Positions 1 through 12,225 of a stretch of DNA of 64,000 nt are shown one piece after another (position 1 is the first letter of the stretch; every line of letters starts with the position of its first letter). The stretch is from an uncultured virus (IMG/VR IMGVR_UViG_3300021376_000011) (lineage: Duplodnaviria > Heunggongvirae > Uroviricota > Caudoviricetes): the IMG/VR virus record IMGVR_UViG_3300021376_000011; one strand, 5' to 3'. The notes under the pieces were generated by a model. The model was given only the letters and a program-made list of their open reading frames with translations. It was not told the origin of the DNA and ran no database searches. Made by a program: the position numbers and the translations under genes.

Positions 1-3000
1 ATGGTGTAACACTTGGAGTTACTGAACTAGTAGGTGTAACACTTGGTGTTCTACTTGGTGTAACAGATGGTGTAACAGAACTTGTAGGTGTTACTGAAGG
101 TGTTACTGAAGGTGTAACACTTGGTGTAACAGAACTAGTAGGAGTTACTGATGGTGTAACTGAAGGGGTAACACTTGGTGTTCTACTTGGTGTAACAGAA
201 CTAGTAGGTGTGACGCTTGGTGTTACAGATGGTGTAACACTTGGAGTTACTGAACTAGTAGGTGTAACACTTGGTGTTCTACTTGGTGTAACAGATGGTG
301 TAACAGAACTTGTAGGTGTTACTGAAGGTGTTACTGAAGGTGTAACACTTGGTGTGACAGACGGAGTTACCGATGGTGTAACTGAAGGTGTTATGCTCGG
401 AGTTACGGAAGGTGTTACAGAACTTGTAGGTGTTACAGATGGTGTTCTACTTGGGGTAACGGATGGTGTAACAGATGGTGTAACAGATGGTGTGACACTT
501 GGTGTTACCGATGGTGTTACCGATGGTGTAACACTAGATGTTGGTGTAACACTTGGTGTTCTTGATGGTGTGATTGACGGTGTTACCGAACTAGTAGCAG
601 TAACTGAAGGTGTAACACTTGGAGTCACGGATGGGGTTACTGAACTAGTTGGTGTAACGGAAGGTGTTCTTGACGGTGTGATAGATGGGGTTACACTCGA
701 TGTTGGTGTGATAGATGGAGTAACAGATGGAGTAACAGATGGAGTTACTGAACTACTTGGTGTTACTGATGGTGTAACACTTGGTGTAACCGATGGAGTT
801 ACTGAACTAGTGGGGGTTACTGAAGGAGTTCTTGAAGGTGTAATAGAAGGTGTAACGCTTGATGTTGGTGTAACTGATGGGGTAACTGATGGGGTAACAC
901 TCGGAGTAATAGAACTAGTTGGTGTAACGGATGGGGTAACTGATGGAGTTACTGATGGAGTTACTGAACTACTCGGTGTTACCGACGGAGTAACTGAAGG
1001 AGTAACACTTGGTGTTCTTGATGGTGTTACCGACGGAGTGATTGATGGGGTTACCGACGGAGTGATTGATGGGGTTACAGAAGATGTTGGTGTAACTGAT
1101 GGTGTGACACTTGGCGTAACTGATGGTGTGACAGAACTTGTAGGAGTTACTGAAGGAGTTCTTGAAGGTGTAATAGAGGGTGTAACGCTTGATGTTATTG
1201 ATGGTGTTACTGATGATGTGACACTCGGAGTAACCGAAGGTGTAACTGAACTGGTTGGTGTCACCGATGGTGTAATAGATGGGGTAACTGATGGAGTTAC
1301 AGAAGGTGTAACTGATGGTGTAACACTCGGAGTTTTACTTGGTGTGATAGATGGTGTAACACTAGATGTTGGTGTAACTGATGGTGTAACAGATGGTGTA
1401 ACACTTGGAGTTACAGAAGATGTTGGTGTCACCGATGGTGTAACACTTGGTGTAACTGAACTTGTTGGGGTAACAGATGGTGTCACTGATGGAGTGACTG
1501 ACGGGGTTACCGAAGCGGTTACTGATGGTGTAACAGAAGGTGTTCTACTTGGTGTAATAGATGGTGTGACAGAACTAGTGGGTGTGATTGATGGTGTTAT
1601 AGAGGGTGTTACCGAACTTGTTGGAGTTACAGATGGTGTTACGGATGGTGTTATTGATGGTGTTACAGAAGATGTCGGTGTAATTGATGGTGTGACACTC
1701 GGAGTTACAGATGGTGTTATAGATGGAGTAACGCTTGGTGTAACTGAAGGTGTAACAGATGGAGTTACAGAACTAGTAGGTGTAATTGATGGTGTAACCG
1801 AAGGTGTAACCGAAGGTGTTACGGAACTTGTAGGTGTGACACTCGGAGTTACAGATGGTGTAACTGATGGTGTGACGCTCGGTGTAACAGATGGTGTTCT
1901 ACTTGGTGTTATAGATGGGGTAACTGAAGATGTCGGCGTAACTGATGGTGTGACACTTGGAGTCACGGATGGAGTAACGGAACTTGTTGGAGTAACGGAT
2001 GGTGTAACTGATGGTGTAACAGAACTAGTAGGGGTGATAGATGGTGTTACTGATGGAGTTACAGATGGGGTAACAGAACTGGTAGGTGTTACCGATGGTG
2101 TAACACTTGGCGTAACTGATGGTGTTTTACTTGGTGTAACAGATGGAGTTACAGATGGTGTGATACTCGGAGTGATTGACGGTGTTACCGAACTTGTTGG
2201 AGTAACAGATGGTGTTCTACTTGGTGTTACAGATGGTGTAACAGATGGTGTTACAGATGGGGTAACGGATGGGGTAAGTGAAGGCGTTACGCTCGGGGTT
2301 ACTGAACTTGTAGCGGTAACCGATGGTGTTATACTTGGAGTTACGGATGGGGTTACAGAACTTGTAGGTGTCACCGACGGAGTAACTGACGGTGTCACGC
2401 TTGGTGTAACTGATGGTGTAACACTTGGAGTCACTGATGGTGTTACAGATGGTGTAACACTTGGAGTTACTGAACTAGTAGGTGTAACCGATGGTGTTAT
2501 ACTTGGAGTTACGGATGGAGTTACAGAACTTGTTGGAGTTACAGACGGAGTAACTGACGGTGTTACAGATGGTGTGATAGATGGTGTAACACTTGCGGTA
2601 ACAGAAGGTGTTCTACTTGGTGTTATAGATGGTGTAACAGAACTAGTAGGTGTAACCGACGGAGTTACAGATGGTGTAACAGATGGTGTTACTGAACTAG
2701 TAGGTGTTATTGATGGTGTTATAGACGGTGTTACCGATGGAGTTACACTTGAAGTTGGAGTTACTGATGGCGTTACTGATGGTGTTACAGATGGTGTGAC
2801 TGATGATGTTGGAGTGACTGAGGGTGTAACAGATGGTGTAACACTAGATGTAACTGATGGTGTGACACTCGGAGTAACTGAAGGGGTAACAGATGGAGTA
2901 ATAGATGGAGTTACAGACGATGTTGGAGTAACACTCGGAGTTACAGACGGTGTTACCGATGGAGTAACTGAACTAGTGGGCGTTACCGATGGTGTGACAC

Positions 3001-6000
3001 TAGGTGTAATCGATGAAGTAACTGATGGGGTTACAGAAGGGGTTACAGAAGGGGTTACAGAAGGGGTTACGCTCGGTGTAACTGAAGATGTTGGCGTAAC
3101 CGATGGTGTGGTACTTGGGGTAACTGATGGTGTAACTGACGATGTAACACTAGGTGTAACTGATGGTGTGACACTCGGAGTAACTGAAGGGGTAACACTT
3201 GGGGTTACTGAACTTGTTGGAGTCACCGATGGTGTTATACTTGGAGTTACGGATGGGGTTACGGATGATGTCGGTGTTACTGATGGGGTGATAGAAGGTG
3301 TGACAGATGGGGTTACGGAACTAGTTGGTGTGACACTCGGAGTTACACTTGGGGTCACCGAGCTGGTTACTGACGGTGTTACAGAAGAAGTTACAGATGG
3401 TGTAACTGATGGTGTTATTGATGGTGTTACAGAACTAGTAGGTGTAACTGATGGGGTGATAGATGGGGTAACACTTGGCGTAACAGAACTAGTTGGTGTA
3501 ATTGAAGGAGTTACTGAAGGAGTTACTGAAGGAGTTACTGATGGAGTTACTGAACTAGTAGGAGTGACAGAGGGTGTTACTGATGGAGTTACAGATGGGG
3601 TAACACTTGGTGTAACAGAACTGGTGGGAGTGACAGAGGGCGTTACAGAGGGTGTTACTGATGGAGTTACTGATGGGGTAACACTTGGTGTAACAGAACT
3701 AGTAGGTGTAACGGAAGGTGTAACAGATGGTGTTACACTTGGTGTAACCGATGGTGTAACCGATGAAGTGGGAGTTACTGATGGTGTAACACTTGGTGTA
3801 ACAGAACTAGTAGGTGTAACGGAAGGTGTAACACTAGCAGTTACTGAAGGTGTAACAGAACTAGTTGGGGTCACTGACGGAGTAACACTTGGAGTCACCG
3901 AAGGTGTAACAGAACTAGTAGGAGTTACAGAGGGTGTTACTGATGGAGTTACGGATGGAGTTACAGATGAAGTAGGAGTTATTGATGGTGTAATAGATGG
4001 GGTAACACTTGGTGTAACAGAACTAGTGGGTGTAACGGAAGGTGTAACAGATGGTGTTACACTTGGTGTAATGGAACTAGTAGGAGTTACAGAGGGTGTT
4101 TCAGATGGTGTAACAGAAGGTGTAACAGATGGTGTAACACTTGATGTTGGTGTTACTGATGGTGTAACGCTTGGTGTAACGGACGGTGTAACTGATGATG
4201 TTGGTGTTACACTTGGTGTAACGGAAGGTGTAACGCTTGGTGTAATAGAACTCGTAGGAGTTACAGATGGGGTTATTGATGGTGTAACAGATGGGGTTAC
4301 AGACGATGTGGGTGTGATAGAAGGGGTAACGCTCGCGGTCACCGATGGTGTAACTGAACTAGTGGGGGTTACTGATGGTGTAACACTCGGAGTTACTGAG
4401 GGTGTGACAGATGGGGTAACACTTGATGTAGGTGTTAGTGATGGTGTAATAGAAGGTGTAACACTTGGTGTAACAGATGGTGTGGTAGATGGGGTGACAG
4501 AACTTGTCGGTGTAACACTTGGTGTAAGACTTGGGGTTACTGAAGGAGTAATCGATGATGTTGGTGTTACTGATGGAGTTACGGATGGTGTAACAGATGG
4601 TGTAACAGAACTTGTTGGGGTGATACTAGAAGTTACTGATGGTGTTACCGAGCTGGTTACTGACGGTGTTACAGATGGTGTCACGCTCGGTGTTACGGAA
4701 GGTGTCACAGAACTAGTTGGTGTAACACTTGGTGTAACAGAAGGTGTTACTGATGGCGTAACAGAGGATGTAGGGGTTACAGATGGTGTAACACTCGGAG
4801 TTACTGAAGGAGTAATCGATGATGTTGGTGTAACACTCGGTGTAACACTTGGTGTTTCAGATGGTGTAACACTCGGTGTAACACTTGGTGTTTCAGATGG
4901 TGTAACACTCGGTGTAACTGAACTTGTAGGTGTTACTGATGGTGTAACAGATGGTGTAATAGACGGTGTTACCGAACTAGTGGGGGTTACTGATGGAGTT
5001 ACGGATGGCGTAACAGATGGTGTAACTGATGATGTTGGTGTTATACTTGGTGTGACCGACGGTGTAACTGATGGAGTTACAGAACTAGTAGGTGTTATTG
5101 ATGGTGTTATAGACGGTGTTATTGAACTAGTAGGTGTTACTGATGGTGTAACAGACGGTGTAACAGACGGTGTTACGGAACTAGTAGGTGTAACAGATGG
5201 TGTAACGCTTGGTGTGACCGATGGTGTGACAGAACTAGTGGGAGTTACAGAAGGTGTAACTGACGGAGTGACCGATGGTGTAACAGAACTAGTAGGGGTC
5301 ACCGATGGTGTTTCAGATGGTGTGACTGAACTAGTTGGTGTCACACTAGGAGTTACTGAAGGTGTTATACTTGGTGTCACAGAAGACGTTGGTGTAACGG
5401 AAGGTGTGATGCTTGGTGTAACAGACGGTGTTACTGAACTAGTAGGTGTAACAGATGGTGTAACACTTGGTGTAACACTCGGAGTTACTGAAGGAGTAAT
5501 CGATGATGTTGGTGTAACACTCGGTGTAACACTTGGTGTTTCAGATGGTGTAACACTCGGTGTAACTGAACTTGTAGGTGTTACTGATGGTGTAACAGAT
5601 GGTGTGACTGAACTGGTTGGAGTTACTGATGGTGTAACAGACGGTGTAACAGACGGTGTAACAGAACTAGTTGGAGTCACAGAAGGTGTTACGCTAGGTG
5701 TTTCAGATGGGGTTACAGAACTAGTTGGTGTAACGGAAGGTGTAACACTTGGTGTAATAGATGGTGTAATAGAACTAGTGGGAGTCACAGAAGGTGTTAC
5801 GCTAGGTGTTTCAGATGGGGTTACAGAACTAGTGGGAGTTACTGATGGTGTAACAGAAGGTGTTACCGATGGTGTTACGGAACTAGTGGGAGTTACAGAT
5901 GGTGTTTCAGATGGTGTAACAGAAGGTGTAACGCTCGGAGTTATTGACGATGTTGGAGTAATTGAGGGTGTAACACTTGGAGTTATTGAAGGAGTTACCG

Positions 6001-6755
6001 ACGATGTTGGTGTTACAGATGGGGTAACACTTGGTGTTTCAGATGGTGTAACACTTGGTGTAACTGAACTAGTCGGGGTTACAGAAGGTGTTTCAGATGG
6101 GGTAATAGATGGTGTAGCACTTGGTGTAACAGAACTAGTTGGTGTAACAGATGGTGTTACACTCGGTGTAACCGAAGGTGTAACAGAAGATGTAGGAGTT
6201 ACAGAAGGTGTAACACTTGGTGTAACCGATGGTGTAACTGAACTAGTAGGTGTTACTGATGGTGTTTCAGATGGTGTAACACTTGGTGTAACTGAACTAG
6301 TTGGAGTTACAGAAGGTGTTTCAGACGGGGTAATAGACGGTGTAACACTTGGTGTAACAGAACTAGTAGGTGTTACTGATGGTGTAACAGAGGGTGTTAC
6401 ACTTGGTGTAATGGAACTAGTAGGTGTTACAGATGGTGTAACAGAGGGTGTTACTGATGGTGTAACACTTGGTGTAACCGATGATGTTGGTGTTACTGAT
6501 GGAGTTACTGATGGTGTAACACTTGGTGTTATTGAACTAGTAGGAGTTACAGAAGGTGTAAGTGATGGGGTGATGGAAGACGTGGGGGTTACTGATGGTG
6601 TTTTAGATGGTGTGATACTCGGAGTTACGGATGGTGTAACACTTGGTGTAACTGAACTAGTGGGTGTAACACTTGGTGTTCTACTTGGTGTAACAGAAGG
6701 TGTTACTGATGGTGTTTGTGTTAATGTTGGTGTAGGTGTGGGTGAAGGAGTGGGA
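1..6755 (-). repeat. Degenerate coding tandem repeat of 12-bp (TPSV/TPSI) and 18-bp (TPTSSV) units
   Basis: Continuous GGTGT(A/T)AC-type units with variation mostly at third codon positions of the minus-strand frame; exact internal duplication 1-127 = 229-355. Confidence 0.97.
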
Positions 6756-6949
6756 CAAGGAATTTCAGCCACACAGGTTTTATCCAGTGATGGAAAATAA
6801 ATTGAGTAAGTACCTAAATAATAGTTTGTTTCGTAATAATATGGCATTAGGACGGAACCTAAATTTATGGTACCGCCAGTACAAGGATAAAATGTAATGT
6901 CACCGATTTCCTCATTAAAATTACCCGCGTTTATTTTTATTAATGCCAT
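1..6949 (-). CDS. Giant Thr/Pro/Ser/Val-rich (mucin-like) repeat protein, >2316 aa, runs off the left edge; probable virion fibre or decoration protein
   Basis: ATG at 6949 gives [26 protein letters not shown]...[26 protein letters not shown]...; no stop in this frame down to position 1; same strand as neighbouring structural genes; absent from the ORF track, presumably because it has no stop in the window. Confidence 0.9.
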   Translation of the reverse strand, partial: MALIKINAGNFNEEIGDITFYPCTGGTINLGSVLMPYYYETNYYLGTYSIYFPSLDKTCVAEIPCPTPSPTPTPTLTQTPSVTPSVTPSRTPSVTPTSSVTPSVTPSVTPSITPSKTPSVTPTSSITPSLTPSVTPTSSITPSVTPSVTPSVTPTSSVTPSVTPSVTPSVTPSVTPTSSITPSVTPSVTPSVTPTSSVTPSVTPSITPSETPSVTPTSSVTPSVTPSETPSVTPTSSVTPSVTPSVTPSVTPTSSVTPSVTPSVTPSVTPTSSVTPSATPSITPSETPSVTPTSSVTPSVTPSETPSVTPSVTPTSSVTPSITPSVTPSITPTSSITPSVTPSVTPSETPSVTPTSSVTPSVTPSVTPSVTPTSSVTPSETPSVTPSVTPTSSITPSITPSVTPSVTPTSSVTPSETPSVTPSVTPTSSVTPSVTPSVTPSVTPTSSVTPSVTPSVTPTSSVTPSVTPSETPSVTPSVTPTSSITPSVTPSVTPSVTPSVTPTSSVTPSVTPSITPSVTPTSSVTPSITPSVTPSVTPTSSVTPSETPSVTPTSSVTPSVTPSVTPSVTPTSSVTPSVTPSVTPSVTPTSSVTPSVTPSVTPSVTPTSSITPSITPSITPTSSVTPSVTPSVTPSITPTSSVTPSVTPSVTPSVTPTSSVTPSITPSVTPSVTPTSSVTPSVTPSETPSVTPSVTPSETPSVTPSVTPTSSITPSVTPSVTPSVTPTSSVTPSVTPSVTPSVTPTSSVTPSVTPSVTPSVTPSVTSSVTPSVTSSITPTSSVTPSVTPSVTPSVTPTSSITPSVTPSLTPSVTPTSSVTPSTTPSVTPSVTPSITPSLTPTSSVTPSVTPSVTPSVTPSVTPTSSVTPSVTASVTPSITPTSSVTPSVTPSITPSVTPTSSITPSVTPSVTPSVTPTSSVTPSVTPSVTPSVTPTSSVTPSVTPSVTPSETPSVTPTSSITPSVTPSVTPSVTPTSSVTPSVTPSITPSITPTSSVTPSVTPSVTPSVTPTSSVTPSVTPSVTPSVTPTSSVTPSVTASVTPSVTPTSSVTPSVTPSVTPTSSVTPSVTPSVTPSVTPSVTPTSSVTPSVTPSVTPSVTPSVTPSVTPTSSVTPSVTPSVTPSVTPSVTPTSSVTPSVTPSVTPSVTPSITPTSSVTPSVTPSITPSVTPTSSVTPSITPSVTPSVTSSVTPSVTSSVTPSVTPSVTPTSSVTPSVTPSITPSVTPTSSVTPSVTPSITPSVTPTSSVTPSVTPSVTPSVTPSVTPSVTSSVTPSVTPSTTPSVTPTSSVTPSVTPSVTPSVTPSVTPSVTSSITPSVTPSVTPTSSVTPSVTPSVTPSVTPTSSVTPSITPSVTPSVTPSVTPSVTSSVTPSVTPSVTPTSSVTPSVTPSVTPSVTPTSSVTPSVTPSITPSITPTSSVTPSVTPSVTPSVTPTSSVTPSITPSRTPSVTASVTPSITPSVTPSVTPSVTPTSSVTPSVTPSITPSVTPTSSVTPSVTPSVTPSVTPSVTPSVTPSVTPSVTPSVTPTSSVTPSVTPSITPSVTATSSVTPSVTPSLTPSVTPSVTPSVTPSVTPSRTPSVTPTSSVTPSITPSITPSVTPSVTPSKTPSVTPSVTPSVTPTSSVTPSVTPSVTPSITPTSSVTPSVTPSVTPTSSVTPSVTPSVTPSVTPTSSVTPSITPSRTPSVTPSVTPSVTPSVTPSVTPTSSVTPSVTPSVTPSITPTSSVTPSVTPSVTPSVTPSITPSVTPSVTPSITPTSSVTPSITPSVTPSVTPTSSVTPSITPSITPTSSVTPSITPSRTPSVTPSVTASVTPSVTPSVTPSVTPTSSVTPSVTPSVTPTSSVTPSVTPSVTPSVTPTSSVTPSITPSKTPSVTPSVTPSVTPSVTPSITPSVTPTSSVTPSVTPSVTSSVTPSITSSVTPSITPSRTPSVTPTSSVTPSVTPSVTPSVTPTSSVTPSITPSVTPSITPSVTPSRTPSVTPSVTPSVTPSSSVTPSVTPSVTPSVTPTSSITPSVTPSVTPSVTPTSSVTPSITPSRTPSVTPTSSVTPSVTPSVTPSVTPSSSVTPSVTPSVTPSITPTSSVTPSITPSRTPSVTPTSSVTPSVTPSVTPSVTATSSVTPSITPSRTPSVTPTSSVTPSVTPSVTPSVTPSVTPSVTPSVTPSRTPSVTPTSSVTPSVTPSITPSVTPSVTPSVTPSVTPSVTPSVTPTSSVTPSVTPSRTPSVTPTSSVTPSVTPSVTPSVTPTSSVTPSRTPSVTPSVTPSVTPTSSVTPSVTPSVTPSVTPTSSVTPSVTPSRTPSVTPTSSVTPSVTP

Positions 6950-7039
6950 TTAAATCTAAAGTCTTATCTATATCTATTTTTACTATAAAAATATATTTAT
7001 TTATTTGGGTATTGTCAACGTCTATTTTTACAGTTTTTA

Positions 7040-10000
7040 TCATGGACAATCAAAAATGGAACTACTTAATTCCTCATTAGTTGGTTCTGTAGGACAATGG
7101 TTGGCATCGATATAATATTGACCGAGGTTGAATCCAATATTTGGATGTTTATCATATTTGTGTTTCATCAGAATTTTGTCACTGTTGTTTCCGTTAAAAA
7201 CAACAACAAATTCATCATCTATTGGTGTATTGTCTAATTCAAAGTTTAGATTGAAGTATAATCCTGTATCGCAATAATTTAAATCGACATCAATTACTTC
7301 TATGGTTTCACCATATTTGTTTATTAAATAATCTCCGTGATTGTATAATTCTTTCGGATGGTCGCAACAAGGTTCAATAAAATCTATTGGTTTTTTCTGT
7401 AATTCCTCAGGAAATCTGTCGTCAAAAAAGTAAACACTATTTGTTGGTGTCCCAAAATTTTCAATAATTCTATTTGTATAAACTCTTAGTTGTGTTGTTG
7501 GTAAAACTTCAAAAACTTCATAGGTGTTATTTTGGGTCAATCCCGTGATAATACTTTTCTTTATTGATGCTAAACATTCAATATCCGTGATTTCAAGTTT
7601 TTGATAGTTGTACGTAAATGAATATCCTGATACAGGACCATTAACAATTTGTTGGTGACTATATTCTGTACATTGTTTATATGAAGCGGATAAAACATAT
7701 TCCCCAACATTTAAATCACAAACACTTTTACCACTTATCGTACCACCACTAATATAACTTTCAATATTACTATCGGTTGTTTGGTCATCAATGGTTAACC
7801 CACTATTAACCACCAAAACAATAGAGTCACATTTTAGCCCATAGTTAAAGTTTGATTTGTATTGTACTTTTGGTTGTATAGTATAACCCGTGTAATTGTC
7901 ACAGTATGTTGCACCTGAAACAACTGAAATTGGTGAAGCGATTGTTCCTTGGTAACCAACAATACTGAATAACTCTACGTGACTCTTTCCTGATGGTGTT
8001 GGACATGGGTCATGTTCAATTTTGGGTTGTAGACCTTCTATTTTGAATTTTACTTCTTTATTCGCAGCATCTACAATATTGAAATCTATTACATCATTTT
8101 CTGAAACACCAGTTAATTTGTATACACAATCACTAACTTTTTGAATGTGAACATCCGCATTTTCATTTGTTCCACTCACACAGTTAGCATAAATGTTAAA
8201 TGGCCATGTTGAACCTTGTTGAATTCCTGTTTTATACCCAATTACCTCAAAAAATACATCACTTACTAAAGTGCACCCACTATTTGAGTCACAGTAAACG
8301 GTATTATCAGTATAAACTTTAACACTGATTCCATGTGTATTTTTTGTAATTTTATAATCAGCATCAAATCGATAATCAAAATAGTCAACCACCGAACATT
8401 CGTTTGGTCCTAATTTTACGGATGAAAACTTAACTTTTTCGACACCATTTTCATCAGTGTATGTTGTGTATTTTATTAATGGTATTGTTTCTGAAAAATA
8501 TGTTTGACCAGTGGTTCCCGTGAAAGCGGAATAGGGTTCATATCCCGCGCTATTTCTTGTAATAGTTACGTCATCAATCAATACAGATAATGCCGATAAC
8601 CATAATTCTTTAATTTTAGTAACATCAGGTTCAAGATAATCTTTATAATCACATATTAAGGAAAGATTTACAGTATCACCACTTGTTACACCACTCGTAC
8701 ATCCTGTAAATGGTTGTGCGTCAAATAATTTTGCACTATTTGAAGTGTTACTTGTTCCACTAACAATTACATACATGGAAGATGTTAGTCCTGTGTAATT
8801 AGCACCACCATAAACTGTTCCGTCAATTTCAATTACCGGATAATAAGTAACACCGGTAAGGTTTATTAAACCTCTGAAATTATTTTCTTCGCCTAAAATG
8901 TTTTCTAAATCTTCTTCGATTACGTTTTCAAAATCAGGGTATAATTCCTCGATAAATTCTAATGGTTGGCAATCATATCTATATTGATATTTTGGTCTAC
9001 CAAAAACGTTATTTTCAATTAAATTACCACCAGTCCATTGAGTGGTTGATGGTACTAATTGTTCTACTAATTGTGGCCAATATGGAGATAATTTATTTAC
9101 AAATTCAGTGACATTTATTTGGTTATATGGTGTGAAACCTGTGGTTTGTGAAATATAATCTCTATAAACATCCTCTAACTGTATATAATTTTTATTGTAA
9201 CGAATTTTGTTTGAATTAGTTACAAGACTATGAATAAATGTGTCTAAAAATTCAGCAAAAGTTTTACCTGTTTGAGGTAATAAAGTATTTGTACCAAAAC
9301 TTATTAATAATTCTCTACTTTGTCTAAATATATCATAATCTATACCTCGTGATGGTGAGATATAAATTCCAATATTTTTTCTATTTAAAATTAATAAATA
9401 ATCATCTTCAATTGGTTTTCCGTCTTTATTATCAACAGCAGACACCAATTCATAACCTGTATCTAAACCCGGTAATGTTCTATATAAATCAAAATATTCT
9501 TCTCCGTATGTATAGTTTTTATTCTTTGTTTTAATTGTTTTAGTGTTACCCGTCAATATTGAGTTACTACTATCTAAAACAAGTGGAGAACGATGTGATA
9601 ATGTAATATCGTACCATCCTGAACCTTTACCAAAGAAAATGTTTTCAGTTTCATTATATGCTCTTCTTGGTAGTCCAGTTTTTTCGTCTACGGGGTAACC
9701 CTCTCTATCAAATGTTGTTGATGCTGAGTAGTAAACTTTAGAGTATGTGTAACCTGTGCTGTCAAAAGTTGCATAGGAATATCTTTTACTACCTTGAATC
9801 GCGTCGTATATATCTTGTTGTAAATTAAAACTAGACGGTATCGATGTGACTTTATAAATATACTCATCGATTCTAATTAAAGGTTCTGGTGCTCCTAAAA
9901 ATTTCAAAAAGAAATCAATAGAAGATTTTGTTCCTTTTGATTTATAAATGTGTGCGAGATTTATTAATAATCTTCGATAAAACTCATATTCAGATTCAAT

Positions 10001-11284
10001 TAAATTAGTGCCGGTTGACACACCGTCATAGTTTGATTGTAACCTTGAATATAAAACATCATTTAAGCTATTCTCATCAAATAAATTTAATGTAGATAAA
10101 CCTAAATTTTCTGATAAATTCTTTAAAAGTACATCGGGTAGATTATTAATACCATCATAACTTACATTTCTCATTTGAGCTATGTTGTCTATATACTTCT
10201 TTACACTATCAAAACTTTGTCCGTATAGTTCAAATATACTTTCAGCCCTTTTATCTTCAGTATCAAATTCAAATAATTGTGGCGCAGCTAAAAATCTGAC
10301 CATCAAATTAGATTTGTATCCATCTATTTCATCAGCAATGTCTTTTAATTTACTAACGTATAAATCGAAATAAAACCCTGTTATTTCTATATTGTAACCA
10401 TCTTCAGATATTGGCCAAGTTATTACCACATCAACCAAAGATGTTTTTGAATTATCTTCAACATCTTTAGGTACTTTAAATGAAGAGGTATAAATTGGAT
10501 TTGTGTCTCTATTTAAAAGTGATTCTTCTAAATCATCTAATCCTTCAAAAAATTCTTCAACTAAACCATCATTTGGTCTTATTAATAAGTTTTCTGAATA
10601 TGTTGTACCAGTAAATGGTTGTCCATATACTTTTAAGTAAATTCTGTTGTTTATATTTGGTTCAATATAATCTAAAATTGGATATGATGTGTTATTGGTA
10701 ATAACAACATATTTTGTATATGACGAATAAAAATTTCTTAATTCGTTTTCAGTTTCTGGTTTAACCACAGAATTAGGTTCTATAAAAACTAAATTAAACG
10801 GATTAAATATTTTGCTTCTTTCAATGTAAAAAGTAGTGGTGTTGGTGCTATCATTATATGTTATTCCACTAGCACTAAAATTAGAAACACCAATAGGGGT
10901 GTCTGATAAAATCGAAATTGCACCCGGAAACTTATTAATAATTCGAGTTAGTGAAACTAAAATTCTATCTGTTAATGAACCAAATAAAGATTTATCGGCA
11001 TATTTTTTGTTACCCTTAAATCTTACTTCGTCAGTTCTTTTTTTTGAAGGTTTTACAGATGTTGTTTGAATACCTTCAACTTCCTTTAACGTATCTAATG
11101 TTAAAAATTGAGAGAATGGATTACTTGTAAAATTTTTAGAATCTTTATCAGGAATAGACTTATCAAGCGCAAATACGGTGTTAGTTAGTGCAGATGAACC
11201 ATCGGTTATCTGTCTACCAACTAAGAAATCATTAAATGTTTCAGCTCCGCTTGACGCTTGACTAGGTACTTTTCTCCTTGCCAT
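7040..11284 (-). CDS. Large baseplate/tail structural protein (baseplate wedge-like, 1414 aa)
   Basis: YKSKGTKSSIDFFLKFLG resembles the P2 gpI/T4 gp7-type wedge motif; lies in the baseplate operon; Cys- and Thr/Gly-rich C-terminal half. Confidence 0.6.
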   Translation of the reverse strand: MARRKVPSQASSGAETFNDFLVGRQITDGSSALTNTVFALDKSIPDKDSKNFTSNPFSQFLTLDTLKEVEGIQTTSVKPSKKRTDEVRFKGNKKYADKSLFGSLTDRILVSLTRIINKFPGAISILSDTPIGVSNFSASGITYNDSTNTTTFYIERSKIFNPFNLVFIEPNSVVKPETENELRNFYSSYTKYVVITNNTSYPILDYIEPNINNRIYLKVYGQPFTGTTYSENLLIRPNDGLVEEFFEGLDDLEESLLNRDTNPIYTSSFKVPKDVEDNSKTSLVDVVITWPISEDGYNIEITGFYFDLYVSKLKDIADEIDGYKSNLMVRFLAAPQLFEFDTEDKRAESIFELYGQSFDSVKKYIDNIAQMRNVSYDGINNLPDVLLKNLSENLGLSTLNLFDENSLNDVLYSRLQSNYDGVSTGTNLIESEYEFYRRLLINLAHIYKSKGTKSSIDFFLKFLGAPEPLIRIDEYIYKVTSIPSSFNLQQDIYDAIQGSKRYSYATFDSTGYTYSKVYYSASTTFDREGYPVDEKTGLPRRAYNETENIFFGKGSGWYDITLSHRSPLVLDSSNSILTGNTKTIKTKNKNYTYGEEYFDLYRTLPGLDTGYELVSAVDNKDGKPIEDDYLLILNRKNIGIYISPSRGIDYDIFRQSRELLISFGTNTLLPQTGKTFAEFLDTFIHSLVTNSNKIRYNKNYIQLEDVYRDYISQTTGFTPYNQINVTEFVNKLSPYWPQLVEQLVPSTTQWTGGNLIENNVFGRPKYQYRYDCQPLEFIEELYPDFENVIEEDLENILGEENNFRGLINLTGVTYYPVIEIDGTVYGGANYTGLTSSMYVIVSGTSNTSNSAKLFDAQPFTGCTSGVTSGDTVNLSLICDYKDYLEPDVTKIKELWLSALSVLIDDVTITRNSAGYEPYSAFTGTTGQTYFSETIPLIKYTTYTDENGVEKVKFSSVKLGPNECSVVDYFDYRFDADYKITKNTHGISVKVYTDNTVYCDSNSGCTLVSDVFFEVIGYKTGIQQGSTWPFNIYANCVSGTNENADVHIQKVSDCVYKLTGVSENDVIDFNIVDAANKEVKFKIEGLQPKIEHDPCPTPSGKSHVELFSIVGYQGTIASPISVVSGATYCDNYTGYTIQPKVQYKSNFNYGLKCDSIVLVVNSGLTIDDQTTDSNIESYISGGTISGKSVCDLNVGEYVLSASYKQCTEYSHQQIVNGPVSGYSFTYNYQKLEITDIECLASIKKSIITGLTQNNTYEVFEVLPTTQLRVYTNRIIENFGTPTNSVYFFDDRFPEELQKKPIDFIEPCCDHPKELYNHGDYLINKYGETIEVIDVDLNYCDTGLYFNLNFELDNTPIDDEFVVVFNGNNSDKILMKHKYDKHPNIGFNLGQYYIDANHCPTEPTNEELSSSIFDCP

Positions 11285-12201
11285 TATTCTGTGATAGTAT
11301 CAAAGTTTAAGGTTTCGTCTATATCACCCCTCTCCTCACGAATTTCATATAATGTCTCATTAAATTCGTCTTTAACCTCGTAAAGATTGTATTGTCTATA
11401 GATGTTATTATTATTATCATAAATGGTATAGATACCTTGTGAAACCGCTTTGCTTTGATTACCATAAAGGGCGTGTGCTATGGTTGAAGCGTCGTGTTCA
11501 ACCATTTCTACTTCAATTGTGGTAGGATTTAAAAATGTATTTGTTAATATAATTTTTTGTGATGGTAAACCAATAAATGGAACCGTGTTTGGTTTATTTG
11601 TTGGTGCTGAAGATGGTGTTACTGTTAAAAACATTAAATTAGTTGCTTGTTCACTATACTGATATCTAATAGCTTTTTGTGATGTACTTGTTAAATTTGA
11701 AACAATAGGTGAGCAATAGAACGAAGATGTTACAATTCTATAAAAATTTGGAATTTTTTTATTGTCAGATGAATTAATATACTCAATTCTATACCCAACA
11801 AGTCCTTGTGGTGTAAATTTATTTCTATCATCAGCGGGAACATTGGATAAGTCAATAATCAATCCTCTAACTGAAGGTAGAGATGCTAAAATTCCACAAT
11901 CGGTAATCGATGTTCTTATTTGTTTTGGTCTTATATGAAGTGTATACACGCCTAAATCCGCAAAATCATCCGCGGTTAATTTTAAATTGTATAATCCACC
12001 TAAGATTTCAACATTAGGTGCTGAAGTATCATCCGTAGTATTCGAATTGTGATAAACAGGGGTTAATACTTCCGCTGAACTTAATTTCTTAAGAGTAACA
12101 GTCGAAGTGCTATTTCTATCCGCAACATAATGAAAATAAATTTCAACGTCTTCGGGTGACACATCTGATGGTCTAATTATACCGTAACTACCTACTGCCA
12201 T
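11284..12201 (-). CDS. Putative virion structural protein (305 aa)
   Basis: Long ORF with a TATTTAT motif upstream and a TAATG overlap with the next gene. Confidence 0.6.
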   Translation of the reverse strand: MAVGSYGIIRPSDVSPEDVEIYFHYVADRNSTSTVTLKKLSSAEVLTPVYHNSNTTDDTSAPNVEILGGLYNLKLTADDFADLGVYTLHIRPKQIRTSITDCGILASLPSVRGLIIDLSNVPADDRNKFTPQGLVGYRIEYINSSDNKKIPNFYRIVTSSFYCSPIVSNLTSTSQKAIRYQYSEQATNLMFLTVTPSSAPTNKPNTVPFIGLPSQKIILTNTFLNPTTIEVEMVEHDASTIAHALYGNQSKAVSQGIYTIYDNNNNIYRQYNLYEVKDEFNETLYEIREERGDIDETLNFDTITE

Positions 12202-12212
12202 GTTTTTTTATA

Positions 12213-12219
12213 ATAAATA
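12213..12219 (-). promoter_or_regulatory. Putative late promoter core TATTTAT (representative of 14 sites)
   Basis: Sense-strand TATTTAT precedes starts at 12201, 20141, 22480, 32195, 43465, 45455, 46937, 50141, 52903, 60364, 62356 (minus) and 50279, 55891, 62413 (plus). Confidence 0.7.
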
Positions 12220-12225
12220 TGAAAA

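Noticed and set aside
1..6755. Possible CRISPR array or satellite DNA
   Set aside because: There is no constant repeat with unique spacers; variation follows codon positions of a protein.
210..6800. 2196-aa plus-strand GVTDGVT ORF in the track
   Set aside because: It is the antisense shadow of the minus-strand TPSV gene. It has no unique domain, runs opposite to the operon, and is open only because of the repeat's codon make-up.
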